Virus record (IMG/VR): IMGVR_UViG_3300027728_000001
Coordinates: 1 to 56,466 of that record
Length of the DNA: 56,466 bases
Source of the DNA: a virus
Lineage: Duplodnaviria; Caudoviricetes
Direction: 5' to 3' (one strand)
A program made the translations under genes and the position numbers. Below, in pieces: positions 19,033-29,000 of this stretch. The notes below the pieces were generated by a model. That model searched no databases, had not been told where the DNA came from, and saw only the letters and a list, made by a program, of their open reading frames with translations. Positions within the stretch are counted from its first letter, which is position 1; the number at the start of each line of letters is the position of its first letter.

Positions 19033-19500
19033 GTGATGAAGATTCGGGAACGGTTTGATGCGTGGGTGCAGGGCATGGTGCAGGATGCGGTGAAGAAGTA
19101 CCTGCCCAGCAATAGCGATCTGATGTTCGACTTCTACAGGCGGATGGACATACAGCCACTGGCTGAGTTGGTGGCCACCAACGATGACCTGACCCGGCGG
19201 GTGGTCGAACAGTTGGAGGATGACATCGACACAGACGAGATCGCCCGTAATGTGGCCGAGACTATGGATGCCAGCGATGTGGCATCGCACATCGACATCG
19301 ATGATGCGTGCCTCAACTTGGCTGTGTCCAACTACGTCGATGATATCGCGGAGAAGGTGGCCGAGGAGATCGATGTGTCTAGCTGCATCGACTACGACCA
19401 TCTGGCCGCGAAGCTGGTTGAGAAGGATGTGTCTAGCTGCATCGACTACGACCATCTGGCCGCGAAGCTGGTTGAGAAGCTGAAGGAGGCATGGGCATGA
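19033..19500 (+). CDS. Acidic repeat-containing hypothetical protein
   Basis: 155 aa, very D/E-rich, internal repeats. Confidence 0.75.
   Translation: MMKIRERFDAWVQGMVQDAVKKYLPSNSDLMFDFYRRMDIQPLAELVATNDDLTRRVVEQLEDDIDTDEIARNVAETMDASDVASHIDIDDACLNLAVSNYVDDIAEKVAEEIDVSSCIDYDHLAAKLVEKDVSSCIDYDHLAAKLVEKLKEAWA
19372..19479 (+). repeat. Perfect 54-bp tandem duplication (DVSSCIDYDHLAAKLVEK x2)
   Basis: 19372-19425 equals 19426-19479. Confidence 0.95.
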
Positions 19501-22500
19501 GCCAAGTGTGGCACTTTACATTTGCTTGCGTGATGGAGGGTGAGTCTAAGGACGACGCTCTTGCATCTGCCTTGGTGTACATGCAAGAGCAGGCTGCGCG
19601 TGGCAGTTTGAAACCCAGCACAGCAACACTTTTTGAGGAGGACGAGTGATGCCTGACTACCGAATTATCGGCTACTACGATGACACCGGCCAAGTCTACG
19701 ACGGCGAGATGGATGGTGATGACGAGGTCGAAGCGGTGTGTGGGATTCGCGACATGCTGGACGAGGCAGGGCAAGACACCCTAGTGATCGTCGCAATCTT
19801 GGACGAGGCGGGGAAGAACGTCTACGAGAGCGACAAGGCGTCGTTCATTAAGGACTGGCCGCAGTGCGAGGGGGAGGATGCATGAGCAGATACCATGTGC
19901 AGGTGGGTGATGCGACCTATGCCTACGGGTATGACCGTCCGTTGCAGGAATACTTCCTGCAGAAGCACACGCCGGGGGAGGGTGACTACCCGGACGTTGA
20001 GGATATTGTGGGCAGCTTCACCGGCAACGGGTACGGCAGTGCCGGTGAACTGCTGGAAGCGGTGGCCAAGCATGGTGTGCCCGTGCCGGAAGAGCATCTG
20101 ACTTTGATTGGTTTGGATCTACCTTTCTAGGAGGACAGCGATGACAAGTGACAAGCTGGCCCGCATATCGCAAGCCGCATCGGTCATCCGTGAGGTGATC
20201 GGCTGCGAGTTTGAGTGGGAGACACCGGGACAAAGGCCGTATGGGAAGGGGGCTGTGATGCTCCTGACCCATGGGGTGGGCAGTACGTTGCGGCCGTACT
20301 GCAACTACGACTGCCGGGAGTACGACAAGATTGAGAAAATGGTCGATGCCCTGTCGGCTATCGGCCTGCTGGTGGAGGATTGCACCGGGGATTACTCAGG
20401 GGTTTATGCGACAACGGGCGGCGTAAGACCGTGCGATTCGATATAGTATACACCCTTACACTAGGAGGACGAGTGATGCCTGACTACACGGTGACTATCT
20501 CCGGGGAAGAGCGGGAGGATGCGTGATGCCTAAGACGAGAAGCAAGATGGGGCGGGTAGCCCTACACGCCGAGGTGTCTTGGTGTGCCGAGGACATCCAA
20601 GAACGGCGACCAGGCTGGTCGGCAAAGCGGTGCAACGAGTTCCTCGTTGAGAATGAGGAAGAGATTCAGTGCGAGATGATCGGGCGTGGATGGGAAGTGA
20701 TCGACTACCGTTTGGCAAGGGAGGACTGATGGCACATACACCAGGGCCGTGGGGCATTGTGTTTCACGGCGATGTCGAACGCCTCCGGCTGAATGGTTCG
20801 ACGGTCTACCAAGTGAGCGATGTGACTGACCCTGACTTCCCGTCAGGCCAGCCACGCTATTGCTTGGATGACCTGCGATTGATGGCAGCAGCACCAGAGT
20901 TGTTGCACGCCTGCCAAGCAGTGGCAAACGATCTGAATCGGCTGCTGGATGGCGATGACTTCTGCGGAATGAGCGACACTGAGTTGTTCACCGCATTCCT
21001 TGCCGTGCTGGAGCCGGCACTAGACAAAGCAGAAGGGATGGTGGAGTGATGGCAGCTATTGAAGGCAAGTGGTACGCATCGATTGGCACGCACGCCGGTG
21101 ATGCCTACCCACAGAGCGACGATACCGTGCGGTTTGTGTATGCCGACCAGCCGGACGGCACCAAGTACATTGTGGCCAAGGTGTGGGCAGACGATGCCGG
21201 GGACTATGAGAGTACGGCCAGGCTGGTAGCAGCAGCACCGGCTTTGCTTGCGTTGGTAAAGCGATTGCGTGAGGTGTTTGAAGAGTTGGACGACGACTGG
21301 CGAGTGATGGATGCGACCCGTGTGGATGAACTGATTTCCAGCGATGGCCTGTATGCTTGCGACCAAGCTATTGCCAAGGCAGAAGGGAGGGGCTGATGTC
21401 AACGAACAGTGACCGGGCGGCGAGGGCACGGAAGGCTGTGACGGCAGCGAAGAAAGGGACTCGCGGTGAGTTCCACCTAGTGGACTTGGTTGCGAACCTA
21501 CTGCACTTGGCCGACGCAGATGGTGACTCAGGTGAGCGGGTACTACGGCTAGCTGAGATGCACTACACAGAGGAGTGCTTAGAAGAACGGGGCGTGTCTT
21601 AACAAGGAGGACAAGGATGTCTATGATCGATGTCTGGAGTGACGAGACGATTGAGACTGCCATTCGCCTGCTGGTCTGTGCCGAGGGGTTGTTGGAGCCC
21701 TTCCGTGACCAGGATGGTGACTGGGGTAGGGTGTACGAACAGATCCATAGGTTCTTAAAGGAGGAATGCTGATGGCTGACCACAGGATCGGCGGTGTGAC
21801 GGACGAGCTATACCAGCGGGCAGTACGCCGGGTGCTTGCTTCCCCCACGCTTGCCAAGTACGAAGACATCATCTTCGCAGACTGGTCGGAGGGTGACGAT
21901 CACTTGCGGTGGGTGGCCACGGCCACAGTGAAAGAGATTGCGTCTTGGGCCAAGCGGATAAAGGAGGACAGTGATGGCAACACCGAGGCGTAAGATTTCC
22001 CCAGAGGAACGCAAGGGGCGTAACGCTCTGATGCGTGTTAACAACTGGGTGGTGGTGCTAGTTATGAAGCGGATGTTTGACGAGGGCTGGACTACTGAGC
22101 GGGTAGTGCTGGCCTTCGATGCTATCCAGCGGGAGACAGGACGCCTCTGCATAGTGCATGCCATGCCTGACTGGCACTGGGTGGATGAGAAGCAAGTAGC
22201 GGACGAGGTGTACGATGCGGTAACCAAGGGAGATATGTTCGGAGCTAGGATCAGATCAGAATAAGTCAGAGGGCGTTGCCAACGACACTGTGCCGAAGGC
22301 CGCTTGTGGGGTTGAGTACTAGGAGGTGACACGTGAGTGATCTGTCTATTGTCCAAGAGTTCTTTGATGTGCCAGATATCGGCAAGAAGATGGGCGGGCC
22401 CATTTCTGTCGATGACCTTGTGCTTTCCGCCGGTGCCTTGCGTGACTCCGGTCTGCAATGCGGCGGAGCTGAGATCATCGGGAGCCTGCAACGACTGCTG

Positions 22501-22722
22501 TTGGCGGTCGGACTGAGCAACTTCCTGGCACTGACCGATGTGCCTGCGAAGTGCGACGACCACTGGGCTGAGTGGTGCCCATCTCCCAAGCCACTGCACA
22601 GTGCCGATTGTCCAGCCGGCGGGACTCCACTCTGGTCGAACGGCAAGGAGACTGTGTTCTACAGGATCAGCAAGGACAAGCACGGCAACGATGTCATTGG
22701 GTTCTCTATTCATAATGGGTGA
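19497..22722 (+). other. Array of about 14 small, translationally coupled early genes (19497-19649, 19649-19885, 19882-20130, 20141-20446, 20476-20526, 20526-20729, 20729-21049, 21049-21396, 21396-21602, 21617-21772, about 21772-21993, about 21974-22264, 22333-22722)
   Basis: Nearly all have a GGAGG-type RBS and an ATGA/TGATG overlap; two carry the HTPGPW and/or L.AAAP.LL phage motifs. Confidence 0.75.
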
Positions 22723-22927
22723 CGCATGTACAAGGATGTACTACAGATAATGCACATGCTGGCGACTGCTATACTCTTGTTGTTGGCAGGCCAGTTAAAG
22801 GAGTTGTGTTTGAGACTGTTGATTATGGGAGGTGAGTGATGTTTGCAATGAGTGAGACGATGGACTTTCTGATTGGCGGCGGCACGGTGCTGCTGATGTT
22901 GTGGTGGACTTCGATGAGGGACTGACC

Positions 22928-23701
22928 ATGTTGTACGGCTATGTCCGCGTATCCACTGACAAGCAAGAGAACAGCCGGGATGCACAGGAGATAAAGCTGC
23001 GGGCCTATGCTGCCCAGGTAGACATGGAGTTCGGTGGCGTCTACGTGGACGAGGATCAGTCGGCCAACAAGATCCCGCTGAAGCACCGCAAGCAGGGCCG
23101 GATCCTCTGGGATGCCCTGCGACCAGGCGATGTCGTCTGCTTCACCAAGATCGACCGGGTGTTCCGATCCATGGCCGATGCGGCCTCCACCCTAGCGACA
23201 TGGAAGTCGCTAGGCGTGGGGGTTCGCTTCCTAGACATGGGCATCGATGTCAACACGCCGGCCGGGGAGTTGTTCTTTAACCAGCTTGCGGCCTTTGCCC
23301 AGTACGAAAGCCAGATGATCGGGCAGCGGGTACGGGAGATCGCCGCTCATCTCACCGCTGCCGGCCGACCCGTGGGTAGCGCTCGCCCGTTCGGCTGGAC
23401 AAAGAGCGACGGCCAGTACATTCCCTGCCCACAGGAGCGGGAGATCGGTGACCTCGCCCATTCAATGCGACAGGGCGGGGCTACTTACCCGGCAATCGCC
23501 TTGCACCTTTGCCGCAAGGAGCTTCGCAAACCGAAGAACAAGAAGGGTGTCCGTGGATACTATTGCGTGACCGACACCCGCTGCCTGTGTCGCGCGGCTG
23601 CAGCCGGATACCCAAGGATTCCGCCAAGGTGCGAGACAGGTGACTGGACTGGCGCCCTGCGGAACGCAGAGATATCTGATGCGTCTGAGCCAGTGACCTG
23701 A
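22928..23701 (+). CDS. Serine recombinase (resolvase/invertase catalytic domain with short C-terminal extension)
   Basis: YGYVRVST (catalytic Ser), GD...TKIDRVFRS, AAFAQYES..I..R. Confidence 0.92.
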   Translation: MLYGYVRVSTDKQENSRDAQEIKLRAYAAQVDMEFGGVYVDEDQSANKIPLKHRKQGRILWDALRPGDVVCFTKIDRVFRSMADAASTLATWKSLGVGVRFLDMGIDVNTPAGELFFNQLAAFAQYESQMIGQRVREIAAHLTAAGRPVGSARPFGWTKSDGQYIPCPQEREIGDLAHSMRQGGATYPAIALHLCRKELRKPKNKKGVRGYYCVTDTRCLCRAAAAGYPRIPPRCETGDWTGALRNAEISDASEPVT

Positions 23702-24116
23702 GCGTCTGGCCACCGACGAACCTGTCAGTGGCAATGGCCTGTGATTCTACGGGGAGATCAGCAATGGCTAGCCGTAGGTGATCCATGTGGTCGTAGTCTG
23801 GCATCAGCTCTTCTGCTTCTGCGAGCGTGATGCGGATGTCCCCTGGCTGGCGGTTGATCTTTTTGATCTGCTTGTACATGGCGTTCAAACAGGCGCGTGC
23901 GAAGTATGCCTTGGGGTAGGGGAGCCGCTTGGGATCGTAGGTCTTGGCCGCTTTCACCAGGGCCAGGAACCCCTCGCCGCGGAGGTCATCGACCAGCACA
24001 CCACGCTGCCAGTGCGGCCGGTTCTGCAGGAAGTACTTGGCAAGCACATCAGCCAGGCTGGCGTACTCAACTACGAGGGCCTGTCGCTTGGCCGAGAGCT
24101 TCAATCTTTTGGTCAT
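23481..24116 (-). CDS. Phage-encoded sigma-70 family factor (regions 2 and 4)
   Basis: DDLRGEGFLALVKAAKTYDPKR (region 2); LRLAIADLP..GQTLRSLAQTHQIS (region 4 HTH). Confidence 0.85.
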   Translation of the reverse strand: MTKRLKLSAKRQALVVEYASLADVLAKYFLQNRPHWQRGVLVDDLRGEGFLALVKAAKTYDPKRLPYPKAYFARACLNAMYKQIKKINRQPGDIRITLAEAEELMPDYDHMDHLRLAIADLPVESQAIATDRFVGGQTLRSLAQTHQISLRSAGRQSSHLSRTLAESLGIRLQPRDTGSGCRSRNSIHGHPSCSSVCEAPCGKGARRLPGK

Positions 24117-24297
24117 GTTGGTTCAGTCGGGACTCATGTTCTTCTATGGTTCGACGCAGCTCATCCAGCATGCGCGGCAGACTCTCAACGCTATGGGCTA
24201 TGACTGCGACCTTGGCATGCAGGGAGAAAGCCCACGGCACAACTGCCGCAGCCACCGATATGACCAGCACCCATAGCTCAGTCTCTGGACTCATCAT
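24067..24297 (-). CDS. Single-TM coiled-coil protein (holin/XhlA-like)
   Basis: N-terminal hydrophobic helix followed by a heptad coiled coil. Confidence 0.55.
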   Translation of the reverse strand: MMSPETELWVLVISVAAAVVPWAFSLHAKVAVIAHSVESLPRMLDELRRTIEEHESRLNQHDQKIEALGQATGPRS

Positions 24298-24523
24298 CGC
24301 CTCTCAATAATGACAACAGCAGTAGGCCGGCGTACGGATGGAGCTGCCCATCCTCCACATGCGCTTTGATCCTTTGCTGGACGCGGTAGCTTTCGCCGTC
24401 CGGATAGCGATAGATGTGCGTGTGTACACCACAGGTCAGAGCGATCTCAGTGCGAGTTCGGCCTCCTCCTGTAGTAGATCCATGCTTGCCGGTAGGTCGC
24501 TGAAAATCCATCGGGAAAGCCAT
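24278..24523 (-). CDS. Hypothetical protein, start uncertain
   Basis: Bridges its neighbours. Confidence 0.45.
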   Translation of the reverse strand: MAFPMDFQRPTGKHGSTTGGGRTRTEIALTCGVHTHIYRYPDGESYRVQQRIKAHVEDGQLHPYAGLLLLSLLRGDDESRD

Positions 24524-24744
24524 GCGGTGATAAGGTTGATGATGATGGGCAGGAGGATCAGCAGCAGCACAGATCCATACTCAGGGTTGCGTTGTCGAAA
24601 GCGTGCGCGGATGTCTCGCTTCCAAAGAGGGCGGTTCGATTGCAGCGTAGCTATTGCGATCAGCGATACCTCTTTGCTGTGCTTCGACAGCCTGGCTGAT
24701 CCACTCTCTTCGGCACATCGGTCGGCTATCGCTTCGGCAAGCAT
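24436..24744 (-). CDS. Membrane protein
   Basis: AAGGAG RBS; TM segment VLLLILLPIIINLITAWL. Confidence 0.65.
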   Translation of the reverse strand: MLAEAIADRCAEESGSARLSKHSKEVSLIAIATLQSNRPLWKRDIRARFRQRNPEYGSVLLLILLPIIINLITAWLSRWIFSDLPASMDLLQEEAELALRSL

Positions 24745-24998
24745 GTCTTGCAGTCTCCTTTGATCACCACCGGGGGATGCACTAGCGCCGGGCTGCGCTT
24801 GCACACGCAAGTCTTAGGGCAGGGGCATTCAGTCACATGCCCATCACCATGGATCACCTTGCCGTTAGTGCAATTCCCACAGCACTTACCCACTTCGTCC
24901 GGTGCTTTGTAGGTGGTCACCACATACGCTGCCTCCACCGCAATGCGTTCGGCATAGTTCGGTGTACTAAACATCAGTGCGATGATAATGTTAATCAT
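24726..24998 (-). CDS. Small exported Cys-rich protein
   Basis: Hydrophobic N-terminus; CCGNC..G...GDG...CPC...C.C. Confidence 0.65.
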   Translation of the reverse strand: MINIIIALMFSTPNYAERIAVEAAYVVTTYKAPDEVGKCCGNCTNGKVIHGDGHVTECPCPKTCVCKRSPALVHPPVVIKGDCKTCLPKR

Positions 24999-25941
24999 GC
25001 TGGAGTAGTCCTATGGCACCGTAGTCAGGCAGCTTCTGCGGGGGGAACCCATCGACGGCACCGTATGCGTAACAATCGCCGCCGCGCACGCAGACTTCCC
25101 AGTCTTCGGCTTTTGTAACAATCATCCCCGGCACCCACGGCGGAAGATCTGTCGGCCATTCTTGTGGCGATTGGTTCCATTTTCCCCAAGAATTTTGGAC
25201 GAAGAAAACATCGAATGGCCAGAACTTGCGTGTGCAATCCATCCCGACCGTGGCCATGGCGTGCGACCATCCGCCGGCCGTGCGCGGGTGGATGTGATCT
25301 TTGTTGGGGTGCTGTGACCAAGAGGCAAACTGCCCAGATGCTATTGCGTAGCCGTTAAACAAAGCGTCAACAGCATCGCTCACCTTGGTCAACTGTCGGA
25401 TGATTCCAACCTTTTGGTTTTGGCACAGCTTCCTGACTTCTTCTGGCACGCCGCCGCCACCCCACTTAGAACCAATGCTGCTGTTGTATTTTGTAAGATC
25501 AACAGGGTCGTATTTCTTTCGGAGCAGGTAGCCTGTTGCATTCACAAACCTGGCCGCGAGGGCTGGCGACATGCCGTCTCCCGAATGGCCTCTCGCCCCA
25601 TAGGTAGGCTCAGTGGCGCTTCGGACAACAAAACTTTCCGGCCGGTTTTCCACGCAGATTTGTGTTGCGCGGGTGGTATCAATCGCATTGCGCGCGCAGT
25701 GAGAAGTGCAGTCGCCCGTCGTCTGCACTTCCGTATACGAAAGCGGATCCAGCTTCTGTGCGTAGGCCCACAGCATTGCCCGCTGCCCTTCGCCCGTGTT
25801 CGTTATGTTCTTTTCCCGATACACTGGTTGATTCTGCGACTCTGCAAAAAGAACGCGCTCTCGCGGGCTGTCGATGTAGCCCTGCAGGCCAGCATCGTAC
25901 GCCGCCAATGGCTGGAACATGTTGTCGTTGTTATCAGCCAC
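24991..25941 (-). CDS. Papain-like cysteine peptidase (C1 family)
   Basis: QTTGDC (oxyanion Gln and catalytic Cys), SHAM (His), QNSWG (Asn); AGGAG RBS before GTG 25941. Confidence 0.88.
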   Translation of the reverse strand: MADNNDNMFQPLAAYDAGLQGYIDSPRERVLFAESQNQPVYREKNITNTGEGQRAMLWAYAQKLDPLSYTEVQTTGDCTSHCARNAIDTTRATQICVENRPESFVVRSATEPTYGARGHSGDGMSPALAARFVNATGYLLRKKYDPVDLTKYNSSIGSKWGGGGVPEEVRKLCQNQKVGIIRQLTKVSDAVDALFNGYAIASGQFASWSQHPNKDHIHPRTAGGWSHAMATVGMDCTRKFWPFDVFFVQNSWGKWNQSPQEWPTDLPPWVPGMIVTKAEDWEVCVRGGDCYAYGAVDGFPPQKLPDYGAIGLLQHD

Positions 25942-26482
25942 AGAGTGTCTCCTGCCCCGTGGCGTGGCAGTGGTCAATGTTTCGGGCGCGGGCGGTTGGG
26001 AATGACGACCCGCATATGTCGCATACTGGTACGGCGCACCTCTCTCGCACTTCTTCTAGTGTCATCGCATAGATTTGAGCGCGGTTGCGGATGCTTGTGC
26101 AGTCCCTACATTCCTTTCGGACGCCCGCCAATCGTTTAGTTGCCCGGGGGAATTCCGATGCTGGCTTTTCCACGCCGCAGTCTAAACACACTTGCGAACT
26201 AACCGACACTTCGTAATGCACCGCAGCCTTGCGGGCGCTGGTGCAAAGTTTGCACTCGCTTTGCAGTCCGCTACTCTTGTCCTTGGCTCTGTTGAAATCA
26301 CTTGCCGACTTTCGTTGCTCGCATTTACTGCACGTTTTCTCAGTCACGTTAACGTAAATGTTCTTGGCAGCAGACTTGTAATTGCGACATCTTTTGCAAG
26401 ATGGTTGGTAGCCATTGCGGCACGGGCTGTATTCAGTCAGTGGCTTTGTGATGCCGCAGACAGTGCAAGGCTTCTCACTCAC
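25934..26482 (-). pseudogene. Triple Zn-ribbon protein with truncated endonuclease VII domain
   Basis: Three CxxC..K...EF/Y..G..CxxC units, then CDICG..NIDHCHATG, ending before the VRGLLC..CN motif. Confidence 0.65.
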
Positions 26483-26867
26483 TTTGTTCTGCGACCTCTC
26501 TGCATCCGGTCACCACCTTGTCCACCACACCCTTAAGGGCAACGTCATCCAGCGGTACGTGGTCGGCCAAGACCTTCTCCACCGCTGTATCTAATCCGGC
26601 ATAGCGGCCCTTCATCTGCGCCGCTGCCAACTTCAGTGTGTTGCTATGCAGCGTTCGCCACATCGACAGCGTGGTGATGAGCGTGCCGTCGTCCTCTGCC
26701 GTCTTGTCTGCCAGTGCCGTGTAGATGCGGGACAGCGTAGCCTTATCGCTTCGGCTTGCGTTTGCCATTGCGGCGGCGACCGGGCCTCCCTGGCGTGGGG
26801 CTGATGCCGGGAGGAATGAGAATACTGCCAACGCCAAGGCCAGTATCACCGGGATGTGCTTCGTCAT
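26475..26867 (-). CDS. Exported/membrane-anchored protein
   Basis: Signal-peptide-like N-terminus. Confidence 0.7.
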   Translation of the reverse strand: MTKHIPVILALALAVFSFLPASAPRQGGPVAAAMANASRSDKATLSRIYTALADKTAEDDGTLITTLSMWRTLHSNTLKLAAAQMKGRYAGLDTAVEKVLADHVPLDDVALKGVVDKVVTGCREVAEQSE

Positions 26868-27091
26868 TTACTCACCTGTAACATTGCCTGGAGCAGGGCA
26901 TTGCATGCACTGACAATCACCTTGTCCGTGTGGGCCTCGCGGACAGCGACGATGCTTTCGATCTGCCGCATCACACTTGGCGTTGCTTCGGGCTTCGGAG
27001 TGCTAGGCAGGCGGATAGCATGGAGTGGGACATATGTCAGCAGCACAGCCACCACCACAGCCACCAACGCTAGAATTTGAACGTAGCTCAC
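26864..27091 (-). CDS. Small single-TM protein
   Basis: ILALVAVVVAVLLTYV. Confidence 0.65.
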   Translation of the reverse strand: MSYVQILALVAVVVAVLLTYVPLHAIRLPSTPKPEATPSVMRQIESIVAVREAHTDKVIVSACNALLQAMLQVSK

Positions 27092-28026
27092 AGTACTTTT
27101 GCTCCCGGGATAAAGATCGTTACGCCACCAATGTTTGCTTGGAGCGTGTAGTTCATCAGCTTCTGCGGATCGACCAGGCCCCAGCCGTACACATGGTCAT
27201 GCCCTTGCTCGCCAACGTCCTTGCAGGTCTGGGCCAGGGCTCGCATCACATCGGCGTGCGTCACCTTGCGATCCAGCTTGTGTTCCGCCGAGACATACAG
27301 AGCCAGCACACCTGCGACAAAGGGTGCAGCCATGCTCGTCCCGCTCACAGTGGCGTAGCCATTGGCCAGCCAGCAACTGGTGATGTCCTGCCCTGGTGCT
27401 GCGACAGCGACCTGTGCGCCACGGGAACTGAACTCACAGGCCAGCCCCTTGTTGTCCACTGCACCCACAGCGATTGTCTCTGGGAACGCAGCCGGATAGT
27501 TCACGGCCTCGCCGTCATTGCCGGCGGCGCAGACCACAATCACCCCGGCGGCAGCGGCTGCACGGATCGCCATGTGGACAGCTTCGTTCGCACGGGACGA
27601 ACCCAAGGACATGCAGATGATCTGCACCTTGGCTTCCGTGGCGTAGCGGATTGCCTGCTCCACCCACTCGTTGCTTCCCATTCCGCTGTGGCCCAGCACT
27701 TTGAGGGAAAGGATTCTGGTGCCGGGGGCAATGCCTTTAGCCAAGCCACTGCGGGCGGCGATGATGCCGCTTACATGGGTGCCATGGCCGAGCGTGTCAT
27801 GGGCATCGGAGTCGGATGTGAAGTTGCGGTAGTCCACCACCGCGGCGTCCAGTGCCTTGTGCTGGGCAACGCCACTGTCGATCACCGCCACTGTGACTCC
27901 ATCCCCCTGCGACCGCTGCCACAGGGCCGGGATCCCGTAACTGCACACGCCCCAGTCAACGCCATTCTGGAGGGCGCGGGGCGCGTCTAGGTTTACCCGG
28001 TAGGGCGGGAGGTGGACGAGGTTCAC
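27088..28026 (-). CDS. Subtilisin-like serine peptidase (S8)
   Basis: VAVIDSG, GHGTHVSG, AAGND, GTSMAAP: complete catalytic set. Confidence 0.96.
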   Translation of the reverse strand: MNLVHLPPYRVNLDAPRALQNGVDWGVCSYGIPALWQRSQGDGVTVAVIDSGVAQHKALDAAVVDYRNFTSDSDAHDTLGHGTHVSGIIAARSGLAKGIAPGTRILSLKVLGHSGMGSNEWVEQAIRYATEAKVQIICMSLGSSRANEAVHMAIRAAAAAGVIVVCAAGNDGEAVNYPAAFPETIAVGAVDNKGLACEFSSRGAQVAVAAPGQDITSCWLANGYATVSGTSMAAPFVAGVLALYVSAEHKLDRKVTHADVMRALAQTCKDVGEQGHDHVYGWGLVDPQKLMNYTLQANIGGVTIFIPGAKVL

Positions 28027-28370
28027 ACGGCCTTTCCGGCAGCGAGCGCCTTAAGAATCGCAATCACAAGGGGGAGGATCACCGTGGTCAGCAGCTCCCA
28101 GTCAACGCCGAGAATCCCAAACTCAGCACCCGCCTGGAACAGCAGGGCTTCGTAGTCTTCTTGGTCTTCCAGATCACCAAACCCGCCAGACAATGCCTGC
28201 ACCGACACGGCCTGGGATTCCAGCACCGGGATCAGCAGACGAGCAATCGAATCCACCAGCAGCCACTGCTCAATGAACGGCAGGTCTTTCCGCCAGCCCT
28301 TGCCGATCTCAATGATCTTCAGCAGGACGGTCTGGTTGGCGAGCAGGAACTTAATGACGCGGAGGTTCAT
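28023..28370 (-). CDS. Membrane protein (holin candidate)
   Basis: C-terminal TM segment LLTTVILPLVIAILKAL. Confidence 0.6.
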   Translation of the reverse strand: MNLRVIKFLLANQTVLLKIIEIGKGWRKDLPFIEQWLLVDSIARLLIPVLESQAVSVQALSGGFGDLEDQEDYEALLFQAGAEFGILGVDWELLTTVILPLVIAILKALAAGKAV

Positions 28371-28726
28371 AGATCGTCGTCCTCAAAATCCAAGATGGCC
28401 ATGGCCACAACGGCGTGGCCTGCGATGTCGGCAAGCGTCTCTCTGATAGCTATTGTCCGCTCTGGGCCGATCATCCCCCGGAGCCGCCGGCACTTCTCCC
28501 CAATGCGGGCCAACTGGTAGACCCACGGCTCAATACCCTCCTCCGATACGCCTAGCGCGTTCTCCAGGGGGCTCTCTGTGCAGCCGTAGTATCCCCGCTT
28601 CCGGTTCAGCAGCCGCCACAGCTCATCACAGATGGCCCTGTAGGGGTCTTCACCAGGGTCGCCCTCGGCATGCCTTAACGATCCGTCCAAACTCTGCCCA
28701 AAAACTGGGGTGGTGCCATGTATCAT
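28367..28726 (-). CDS. DUF1599/Nmad1-like (nucleotide modification-associated) protein
   Basis: RK..YYG..P.EN..RIGEK..RL..ETLADIAGHAV; GAGGAGG RBS. Confidence 0.65.
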   Translation of the reverse strand: MIHGTTPVFGQSLDGSLRHAEGDPGEDPYRAICDELWRLLNRKRGYYGCTESPLENALGVSEEGIEPWVYQLARIGEKCRRLRGMIGPERTIAIRETLADIAGHAVVAMAILDFEDDDL

Positions 28727-29000
28727 CGTCGGTGTCCTCCTCATCACACAGGAAAGCGGTTCGGGCATGTGCCCACTCCTCCGCAAAAGTCTCAATCATT
28801 GCGTCTCGGCCTAGGCTGTCTCGCAGGATGATCACCCCGCGGTCAGCGTCGTCATTGAGGGTGAAGCACCCCAGCATTTCTGGCATTGTCTTGGCTGGGC
28901 GCACTGCTACCCGCACTGGGAAGGTCAGAGGGAACCTGCGTTCCGCCCAGTACTTCAGCTTGCGGGCCAGCTTGCGCCTCCAGCAGGAATTTAGGGGCAT
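28650..29000 (-). CDS. Zincin-like protein with variant EExxH motif
   Basis: ETFAEEWAHA..H...FW..F. Confidence 0.5.
   Translation of the reverse strand: MPLNSCWRRKLARKLKYWAERRFPLTFPVRVAVRPAKTMPEMLGCFTLNDDADRGVIILRDSLGRDAMIETFAEEWAHARTAFLCDEEDTDDDTWHHPSFWAEFGRIVKACRGRPW

Noticed and set aside
22928-23701. IS607 transposase or Gin/Hin-type tail-fibre invertase
   Set aside because: No N-terminal HTH or tnpB; far from the fibre genes; no inverted gix/hix-like sites were seen.
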